Positions 54,574 through 64,000 of a DNA stretch of 64,000 bases are shown one piece after another; position 1 is the stretch's first letter; each line of letters begins with the position of its first letter. Both the position numbers and the translations under genes were made by a program. The DNA comes from Lama glama (taxonomy: Eukaryota): positions 54,624,001 to 54,688,000 of the forward strand of contig CM052817.1 in assembly GCA_028534125.1 (NCBI GenBank), written 5' to 3'. A model generated the notes under the pieces. The model made no database searches, was not told the DNA's origin, and saw only the letters and a program-made list of their open reading frames with translations.

Positions 54574-54660
54574 ACACTAGTGGGCCCTACCAAATGTTTT
54601 GTGAGCCAAGTTAATGTGTTGTTTTAAGCTACCACTATTTGGTATAAATTGTTATGCAAC

Positions 54661-55127
54661 TGTATTTTTAAGTATAAGTTTTATTACCATTTAGCTATGG
54701 CAAGACCAAAGGATCAGAAGAGGGCTGCCAATTAAAAGATTGTTGTGTGCACAGTTCCCAAGAGGAGGTGGCATTCCAAGCCACAGAAAGTCCCATGGGG
54801 AAACACCACGGTCTATTGGGAGGTAGAGGAAGCAAAGAGAAGTGTGGACAAGAGACCTTACTGTGGTTCCACAGGAAGGAATGGACAGAGATAGCAGGCT
54901 TAAGATTGACTAGTTTGAATAATTGTGGTGGGCTCTGGAGCAGAGTTGTTGTTGTGTGGGCTCTAGATTGCTTTGGGTTTTTTTTTTTTGAAAGTTACAC
55001 TCAAGGGTGAGTTGTCTAGTACCTGTAGGAATTAGCTAGTCCTGGGAGGGGCATTTCCTCTAGGGACAGCAAGGCCCCATATATCAAAGCATGAAAATAC
55101 AAAAAATAACAAATAATGGTTAATAGA
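54661..55127 (-). mobile_element. MER74/MER54-like ERVL LTR nested in the MLT1 relic
   Basis: Minus strand begins tattaacc...atgctttgatatatggggccttgctgtccctagagg..gcccctcccaggactagctaattccta. Confidence 0.75.
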
Positions 55128-55136
55128 CAGCCAGAA

Positions 55137-55226
55137 TATGTATGTGTGTATACACACACACACACGCACACAAACATATATACATATATATTTGTGTGTG
55201 TGTATATATGTGTGTGTCTGTGTATG

Positions 55227-55257
<31 letters not shown>

Positions 55258-55272
55258 ATATATATATGTATG
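55137..55272 (+). repeat. Compound (CA)/(TA)/(TG) microsatellite, partly self-complementary
   Basis: Seen directly. Confidence 0.9.
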
Positions 55273-55520
55273 AGCTGGCTGTTGATGGTTGCTTAAAGGA
55301 AAGTGAATGAGATGTTATTGAAAGCTGGAGACTAGAGAAAACTTGTGTAGTGGTAGAAAGTTTCACAATTGCCTACAGTAATGTGGAAAATAGAAAATAT
55401 GACTAATGAACTGATAACCTAGCTAAGGAGATTTCAGGTAGAGTGATGAAGGTGTTTCCAGGCATTTTCCTGTTGAGTATTATAAAATTAAAGAGGAAAA
55501 CTATAAGATAAGAAAGAACT

Positions 55521-55558
55521 AGCAAGTACAAATCAGCAAGTACAAATCAGCAAGTACT
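55521..55558 (+). repeat. 14-bp tandem repeat (agcaagtacaaatc x2.6)
   Basis: Seen directly. Confidence 0.9.
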
Positions 55559-56774
55559 TGTTAAGTTTGAAAATAGATTTGTTCCCCATTCCCAATCTCT
55601 CCAGATGGAAACAATACTAAATTTAAGAAATCACTTCTAGACAAACATTGTATCAGTGTATTGTCATAAAAACATGGTCTGTAGATGAGGACAAGAATGT
55701 AACTGTATATCCTCTTGTTAAGAATTCAGAAGGATTTAAGGTAGTACTTTGATGAAACAATATTTCTTTTTAGTGTCTTATATATTCTGTCTGTTAAAAA
55801 ATAAGGCTTCTAAGACTATAAGGGGCATTGTCCTTAAATAGCTTTATAGAATATCCACAATACATAAAGTCTTGTTTCAAGGAGATTTATGGGTGTAGAT
55901 TTTATCTAATGAATTAAATTATAATAAGATTTACTAGAAATCTATGGATGCTGTAAGAGAATAATATTGGTGGAAACACTGCCAGCTTGAACTAAAGGAC
56001 ACAGAGGTAGTGTCAAATGAAGACACCTTTGGATCCTCAAACTTCTATAGATAGGAAGCAGGCTGGAAGAATCATTCATCTGCAAACACCAACAACTTTT
56101 TATGGCAAATGAAGAGTAATTTAGAGGAAGCTACCAAAAGCTCAGAAGGCAACACCAAGAGCTGTAGATTATCACTACTGTCAGCGTGTGTCCAGCTGGA
56201 ATTTAGAATTTCTATGGACCTGTGATTTCTTAGTGCCTTAAATTTTCCACCCATTAGACTAAAGGATCTCTAGCTTGTCTTACCATAGTATGTTACGGTT
56301 GTAGTTTGTCTGTTTAGTTTGCAGGTCTTCAGATCAACAGGAAATATTCTCTAGAAGTTACACTAGACAAATTGTACCTGAGGAGCTTCACTTATAGTTG
56401 AAACTGTTTTAGAAAATCCTGTACCTCAATCCTGAAATGAATGCCATAATGAGATAAGACTCTGTGAGATCTTGAGAAAGGGGTGATTGCATTTTGCACA
56501 TGAGACAAATATGAATTATTATGACCAGAGAATAGACAGTGGTAGATTATGGTTTCCAAGAAATGCTCTCAGCAATATTTCCAAACCTCATGGACTTCCA
56601 GAAGCTTGCCTATTGTTTTAAGCTACTAAATATGGGATCAATTTTATAGTTTAATGAATTTGAGCAGAATGATCCTTTCAAGGTAAATAGAAATTCTCAC
56701 TCTATCCTTACCGTAATGTTTTTAAATATGTAGATTAAAAAATCTCTTTTTGATTGATAATTATAGGAATATAT

Positions 56775-57090
56775 GTAACTTTTCACATCCTGTAATTGCA
56801 GAAGCCAGGATTCAAATCCAGGCAATCTTATTTCAGAGGCTTTGCTCTTAGTAACAATGCTATGTTGTTTATTTATCATTTATGGAACACCTCTTTTATA
56901 TCATGCACCATACTGTTTTGCAACCAAACAAAAAGAAACTTCTTATTATCATTTTTTAACAGTTAGCGAAAACCTATGCAGCGAAGTAAAATTACTTGCT
57001 CAAAGTCACAGAGCATGAGAGTGGCAAAACAGTCTTGAACCCAGGAAGTCAAACTTGAGAATCCCTGCTTTTAAACAATGCCATATACTG
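56775..57090 (-). mobile_element. Two adjacent MIR fragments
   Basis: gccaggattcaaatccaggcaatct; ccatactg...acttgctcaaagtcacag...ttgaacccaggaagtc. Confidence 0.75.
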
Positions 57091-57669
57091 CTGCTGTGGC
57101 TTCTGGGTTAGCACTCTTATCTTTTTTTTTCTCCAGAGATCTCAGATTCATTACTTTCTTTTCAGAAAACAGAATAGATAAAAAACTAAAGCTGTAGCAG
57201 CACAGTTGGGATGCCACCAGATTATCTCCTAATCATTGACCCTACCCTCAGGTAGTGAGATGATTTACAAACATAGCCTTTTCCAGGAGGCTCAATTTTT
57301 CTCAAATTTCTGCATTGTTTTAATAATCATTTAGATTGTCCTAAATATAGATAGGCAGATATTCTGGTGATTGTAGTAATAGAAAGGTCCTGAATTTCAG
57401 TGCTTGTCATTAAAGATGTGCCTTTTTGAATTGCCATTCAGACTACTTTTTTTTTCCTGTGCTTCTGTCTCATTTTTTGTAAAATTAATTTTAAAAAAAA
57501 ACACATATCCTGACTACTCGTCTGCAAAATCCTTTCAGTAGCCATGGCATCCAGAATGTAGAGTGTTAATATAGATTCAATGAATGAACGGATTAATTTA
57601 GGGTCAGGTATTTAATTACTGTATCAAATAGGGTTAGTACCCCTCCCCGCACACTTTTTTTTTTAAAAC

Positions 57670-57900
57670 AAATAATTTTAGTCCAGACAATGTTCTAATT
57701 GCTTTACAAATGTTAACTCATTTGTTATCTAAAATAATTCTATGAAGTAATGACCATTATTATTCTCACTTTAAAACTGAAGAAACTGAGACAGAGAAAA
57801 ATCAACTATCAAGTAATTTGCTCAAAGTCACTGGATAGGTAGGGGACATGGAATTTGAACAAAGGCAATCTAACTTCAGAATCTATGCTCTTAACCCTTA
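57670..57900 (-). mobile_element. MIR SINE
   Basis: attattctcactttaaaactgaagaaactgagacagag...gtaatttgctcaaagtcac...tgctcttaacc. Confidence 0.85.
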
Positions 57901-57954
57901 GAGTATGATACATATGAAGTGATTCAGTATTGAGTCATCAGACACAGATAAATA

Positions 57955-58014
57955 TATTAGATTGAACTATATTTTGACCCTTAAAATGTCAATTTTATGT
58001 TTCAACCAGTAATA
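57955..58014. mobile_element. MADE2-like mariner MITE remnant
   Basis: tattagattgaac...ttttgacc...caattttatgtttcaacc..taata with imperfect TIRs. Confidence 0.6.
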
Positions 58015-60472
58015 GTTGAAGGTATAATTTGACCAAGGAAAAGAGTAAGTAGCTTTATTTTTTGTGGATGAGGAGTCACAATATGAAGAGAATAGACAAG
58101 TTATAAAATAGTATATTCTCTAATGCCCCCATGACAGCTTTGTCTTCAAAAAGTAATCGAAAGAGTAATTCTTTAGTGCCTCAACTTTCTAATCAATTTG
58201 ACAATCCCGCGATGCGAAACAAGAGGAGACAGCAAGGATACTATAGTGCATATGTAAATAGAGCTGCAGCAATTCAGTTTAGTGAAGAGTCAAAAAGACT
58301 GCTTTGCAATTAGACAGATCCATGATCAGCCAGTCTGGGGGCTGATTGATCAACTAACAGCAAATCCCTAAACAAGTTGTTATTTCCTTGGTGAGGACTC
58401 TTATTTCATCAGGAGATAGCACAACAGCACAAAAAGCATTCTGCTGTGAACTTTGTAGGCTGACAATAGTCTTTTGCATTGCTTAAATTTTGACACAAGA
58501 CATACATATTTTTTAAGATGCTAGGCGCTGAGTTTGTGCTCTCCACCTCCTCCCCCAAAACCCCTCCCCTTCCCTGCAGATAAATAACTTATCTTGGAAA
58601 TATATCCTAGTGGAGAAAAAGGTTCAGTGCCTGCACTTCTAGAATCACCTGCTGCCTTTTAAATTCTTTTGTTAACAGTGTAACTTGGGACAAAACTATT
58701 TCTCTATGTGTTAGTGTTCTCAATTAAATTTATTTTACCTAATTTTTCAATTACCATATAATTGGTAATTGATCAAGTGATTAGGTTATGTGTCTTTTGC
58801 TAATTAATAGGGGACGCCAAGACAATCTAGACAGATCATCTGCCTCTATGTTTCAGAAAAAAATTTCAAAAAGTCTATGAAATAACAAATGAGGATTTTG
58901 GGGGAAACGTACAATGTAAATATCACAGTATTTCGGAACATAAATACTGAGCACCCACTCTGGGTATGTCTCTAGGTCTTGTCTTGGCTTTGAAGTGACA
59001 GTCATCACAAACTTCTCTGTCTTATTGTGGCATCCAGTATTTTCTTGTGGACCCAACACTATTAGCCAAGGTTCTCAGGGGTGGTACTTCTAGGGAACAA
59101 CAGGCGTAGGTGGGATTTAGAATTAGTTACAGAGCATACATAATTAATGCTCACTTTGATGATAATAAATTAAGAAAATGTATTTTGCATAGGAAATTTA
59201 AAGCAAACTGCGCCAGTGTGATGAGAAGAATGAATTAGGCAAGATGTATAGATTATATACTCACATTACATTAATATTGTATAGAATAAGTGCCTAAACA
59301 TGTACTCTATTAATAGATCTCTAGATTAAAATGTATTCATGTATTTTCTTAGGTGTTAATTTAATTATAACCAGGATATTAAGACATATCATTACACAAG
59401 CTTACACTTGACTCAACATCTTTTTTTCTTATTAAAGACTGAGGGGAACCAAAGAAAAAATTTAGACTCTCAAAGACAAGCAACGAAATTCAGCTTGTAC
59501 GTAGTGTGGAGGAAAACATATCTGCCAAAGGCACACTGAGGAGTAAAGAATATTGACTCAGAAACTGAGTCCAGTGTTTAAGGAGCATGAAATGAAAAAC
59601 CATATCCACTGTGCTGTTGTAATGTTTTAAAGCATTATGGGCTATATGTTGGTGTTCTTGGTAACATCGAATCTGCCTTAGAAACTTATTTTGACATTGT
59701 CTTGTACTCAGGATGCGTGTCAAAGAGACTTTGCTGTCTCAAGTCCACCTGAATCATGCTCGGGAATAGCTGTCATTTCTTAGTATCCTCAATAGTCATG
59801 TTTTATCAGAACTAAAGTATGGTCAAGTTTTTGCAGGATCTGTAATAGGAGTTAAATAATAATAAATTTTACTCTCTAAAAAGCACAACATAGACTCGCT
59901 CTTGTAAAGTACAGTCATTACCACATACTTGATTGGAATATCTCAGTTGACTTTCTGAGAATTTAGGCTGCAATAAAAGTGAATTAGTGATGACATCAAA
60001 TACCTTCCTAAGTGAAAAATAGTTCTGTAAAGTCTATTTTAAGAGTAAAAATTATTTATTCATTCATTAATCAACTTTATTTTTGGTAAACCTAACAGTA
60101 GCCAAGCACTGACTACCATTTGCCAGTTTCATTTTAAGAGAAGTGTGATAAGAAATCTTGTAAGTTCATTCTGGGTATCTTTTACTGAATTTTAAAAAAA
60201 TGGAGACTAGCCAGCTCATTATATTGCCTCACCCAACATTGTGTAAGCCTAAAATCTTACTTTTCCTTTTCTGAAAACAAAATTTATTTCAGCTTCAGTT
60301 TTATGAATTTATGTATAATAAGAATCAACCAACTAATTATAATACATGTGATTCAATTTAAAAGTTACTATCAAGCTTTTGTGGCATAATTCTATAATGA
60401 AGCAAATTAATGTATTTTAAGCCAAATTTATTACTATTTGTTTATTCTAGAGATGATTCTAGTGATGGCTTT

Positions 60473-61327
60473 TTTATTTTATTTTATTGAGTTATACTCA
60501 GTTTACAATGTTGTGTCAATTTCCAGTGTAGAGCACAATTTTTCAGTTATACATGAACATACATATATTCATTGCCGCATACTTTTTCACCATGAGCTAC
60601 CACAAGATCTTGTATATATTTCCCTGTACTATACAGTATAATCTTGTTTATCTATTCTATATATACCTGTCAGTATCTACAAATTTTAAACTCCCAGTCT
60701 GTCCCTTCCCACTCCCCTCCCCAGTGGCAACCACAAGTTTGTATTTTATGTCTATGAGTCTGTTTCAATTTTGTATTTATGTTCATTTGTCTTTTTCTTT
60801 TCTTTCTTTCTTTTTTTTAGATTCCACACATGAGCGATCCCATATGGTATTTTTCTTTCTCTTTCTGGCTTACTTCACTTGCAATGACATTCTCCAGGGA
60901 CATCCATGTTGCTGCAAATTGTCATTTTTATGGCTGAATAGTACTCCATTGTATAAATATACCACCTCTTCTTTATCCAGTCATCTGTCAATGGACGTTT
61001 AGGCTGTTTCCATGTCTTGGCTATTGTAAATAGTGCTGCTATGAACATTGGGGTGCAGGTGCCCTTTTGAAGTAGGGTTCCTCTGGATATATGCCCAGGA
61101 GTGGGATTCCTGGGTCCTATGGTAAGTCTATTCCTAGTCTTTTGAGGAGTCTCCATAGTGTTTTCCACAGTGGCTGCACCAAACTGCATTCCCATGAGCA
61201 GTGTAGGAGTGTTCCCTTTTCTCCACAGCCTCTCCAGCATTTGTCATTTGTGGACTTTTGAGTGATGGCCATTCTGACTGATGTGAGATGATACCTCATT
61301 GTAGTTTTGATTTGCATTTCTCTGATA
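60473..61327 (-). mobile_element. 5'-truncated L1 related to the 22-25 kb element, with 11-bp TSD
   Basis: ORF2 C-terminus ([59 protein letters not shown]); TSD gtgatggcttt at 60462-60472 and 61330-61340. Confidence 0.95.
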
Positions 61328-61644
61328 TGGTGATGGCTTTCTAAACAGAAAAATATCAAGGAACAAAAATGCTTTATCTTTCAAAAAATATATATTATGA
61401 TCCTTAGTCATATTTATATCTCCTAATAGCTTCTTAGATATATGTTTTATATGTAAAATATCTTAAACTTGGATTTAGTTAGAATGAAATATATTTTAAG
61501 TGGTGTTTTAATATATCACTTTAAATATATTTCTCAACATATATATGACCTCATGCGCAAACCTATGTACAAAATTTTTGTGCCTCAATTTTCTTGGTTA
61601 GAAGTGAAGGGTACACATTTTTTAAAGTATGAATCAATACTGGC

Positions 61645-61688
61645 TATATATATATATATACATATATATATGTATTATATATATATAT
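61645..61688 (+). repeat. (TA)n microsatellite
   Basis: Seen directly. Confidence 0.9.
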
Positions 61689-62443
61689 GGTTGTTTACTA
61701 CTCAGTAAAAAGATTCATATTTTCAAAAATGCACTGATTATTATTATACATTTAGAAACCAAGCCATTGACCTTCTGACCAACTTTAAGTCTATGATACA
61801 GAATAACTTATATATAAATATTCTAAGTAACCAGTGGTATCTCACAAAGGGCTTAGTGAACCTCAGTTTTGCTTATTGAGGTTTTATTATCTGATTGTCT
61901 TTAATGGAAGAGAGCAGGTGCTTAGAAATAAATAGGATCTAGACAATGTATACATTAGCATGAGTTGTCGGAGTTTTTGGCCTCTTGCATACTGTCTGGG
62001 AACTCTTTGACAACTTACGGCATATGGACCTGACATGTCAAAGGAGCATAATAACAATATACATGAAATATCTTTTAATTGGGCAAATATTAAAGCATAC
62101 ATAAGAAATACAATGGGACATGACTAATACTCTATCAAAAGAGTTCTTTTTGACTAACATTTCCTGAATTATTAAAACAAAATTCTGGCAGAAGAAAGAC
62201 TTGACTGCACACTTTTAGCCAGAGTTTGACAGGTCAGTTTTTCCTTCAGTGTCTCTATCACGTTTTCTTTGCCTTTATTCTGATCTCTGATCAGATTATT
62301 CCGGTGTGATCTCATCCAGTGCCACAAATTCAAATGTAATCTTCAGGCTGGTGATGCTCAAATTTATATCTTCAGGCCATATCATTCCACCACCCACTCT
62401 CTCACACATTTTTATTTTCTTCATGAAACTGACAAAATTAATA

Positions 62444-62788
62444 CAGGCACACCTCACATATATTGCAGGTTCAGTTCCAGACCAGAGCAATAAAGGGAAT
62501 ATTGCAATAAAGCGAGTCACACAATATTTTGGTTTCCCAGTGCATATAAAAGTTATGTTTGCACTATGTTATAGTCTATTAAGTGTGCAATAACTGAAGA
62601 AACAAAGTATATGCCTTAATTAAAGATATTTTATCTCTAAAAAAATGCTAACCATCAGTGAGCAAATGCTGGAAAAATGGCACTGGTAGACTTGCTCAAT
62701 GCAGGGCTACTGCAGCCTTCAGTTTGTTAAAAAATGCAGTATCTGTGATGTGCAAAAGAACAAAGCACAATAAATCAATGTATACCTG
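62444..62788 (-). mobile_element. Tigger1 internal-deletion derivative
   Basis: caggcacacctc...ttgcaggttcagttccagacc...gcaataaagcgagtcacac ... tatacctg; TA on both sides. Confidence 0.9.
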
Positions 62789-62889
62789 TAGTTAGTTCAT
62801 TGTTTGTATGTATTTGTTTTTGTTTTGATCTTCCTCACTGTAATATAAACACATTTGAGCTTATTTGGTTCACTATACACAATCAATGA

Positions 62890-63740
62890 TTATAGGCACT
62901 TTAGAGTTAACATGTCCAAAACTCTTACATTTCTCTCACATGCCTCTCCTATCCCTGAATCCTCCTCTGACTAAGTATTCTCTGTGTGAATATATGATAC
63001 CAGCAACTACGTGATTACATTAGTTACAAATGTAGGTCCTCACGTTTCCCTCTCCTCCAACATTCCAGTCCATCTACAAGTCCCATTAATTTCATCTTCA
63101 AGATATTTCCTTTAGAGCATTTATTTCCTTATTGTAGACAACTATCACCTCTCGCCTAGATTATGTGACAGTTTCTAACTTGCCTCTTTTTCCTCTGCAC
63201 TTACTAAAATTCATCAGTACAATATCAAGAGCAATTTTATTAAACATAAATCCAATCATGTCATTCCATGCTCAAAAACTTCAATGGTTCTGCGCTATAT
63301 TAAGAATTAAAATATTCCAACATGATGATGATAATCTACCAAAATCCTGTTTGATTTGTGAGCCCTCATTCTCTTTGTAAAGTCATCCCTTGCTGTTTCT
63401 CTCTCTCTTGCTGACCATGTTCAGTCATGCTACACTTCTCTCTGTCCCTGCAGCAAACCACTCTTTATTCTGCCTTAAGATATTTGCATGCATTTTTCCT
63501 GCTTTCTGGATGTTTTTTTCTCCTGTCTTCAAATGGTGAGTTCTCTTTTATCCTTAGTGTCCTGATTTAATGTTAATACTTCAGAGATATCTTTGTTGAT
63601 CTTTTTTCTTTGATTAAACACCCACACCCCATATATTCCTGCTTGCTTCATTTTGAAAACTTATAAAATTAAAAAAAATAGTAATCATAGTAATAATTTT
63701 TGTTTACTTGTTTTTGTCTGTCTTCCTCACTGAACCATGT
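62890..63740 (+). mobile_element. L2 LINE fragment
   Basis: aacatgtccaaaact, atcacctctcgcctagattat, catgtcattccatgctcaaaaacttcaatggttc, ctgccttaagatatttgcatg. Confidence 0.8.
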
Positions 63741-63784
63741 TGATGTAATTTGCTTGACTCTTAGTTAACAATCAAAATTATTAC

Positions 63785-63809
63785 TGAATTCCTGAATTCC
63801 TGAATTCCT
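63785..63809 (+). repeat. 8-bp tandem repeat (tgaattcc x3)
   Basis: Seen directly. Confidence 0.9.
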
Positions 63810-64000
63810 TCTGTCTTGTGATGTGTCCTAAACAAAAAACACACCAGAGAATCGTCCATAGATTTAGTAAATAGCAAGCCATAATTAAAAAGGACTTTTG
63901 GATAGCCCAATTAAATTATAGCCCTACTATTTAGATGTCACATATTCCTTTTATTTTTTTTTGAATTTTTTTTTCTGGTAGGGAAGTAATTAGGTTTATT

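Larger units (their letters stand above)
54264..56650 (+). mobile_element. MLT1 (G/H-like) MaLR proviral relic: 5' LTR pieces, MLT-int (~55300-56537) and an internally deleted 3' LTR (~56538-56650)
   Basis: MLT-int motifs ctaatgaactgataacctagctaaggagatttcagg and gcattttgcacatgaga...ccagagaatagac; LTR end tgttttaagctac at ~54620 and ~56614. Confidence 0.75.

Noticed and set aside
1..64000. CRISPR arrays, operons or other prokaryotic systems
   Set aside because: The sequence is mammalian and I saw no repeat-spacer arrays or gene-dense regions

Overview
AT-rich mammalian genomic DNA (intergenic or deep intronic) with two 500-N assembly gaps. I recognise no host protein-coding gene: the only ORF-track entries with recognisable products are LINE-1 ORF1/ORF2 remnants. 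Much of the window is transposon-derived: L1 of several ages (one full-length, TSD-flanked copy spans a gap), L2, CR1/L3, MIR, MaLR/ERVL LTRs (MLT1, MLT2, LTR16, MER74-like) and DNA-transposon relics (MER5, MER47/Tigger5, Tigger1 derivative, MADE2). The young L1 3' UTR resembles camelid L1, and I saw no BovB/Bov-A2/PRE-1/Alu/B1, which tentatively suggests a camelid. Repeat family names are recalled from consensus sequences, not from a search, and their boundaries are approximate. The most notable structures not explained by ordinary repeat annotation are: (1) a 62-bp, 61/62-identical inverted repeat of apparently unique sequence enclosing 966 bp (46967-48056); (2) a TSD-flanked 5'-half tRNA-Lys(CTT) tailless retrocopy with 7 extra 5' nt (49405-49449); (3) a ~237-bp local duplication pasted into the middle of an MLT1 LTR; (4) an ORF0-like antisense ORF with splice donors in the L1 5' UTR. 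I cannot support a claim of a new multi-gene system here.
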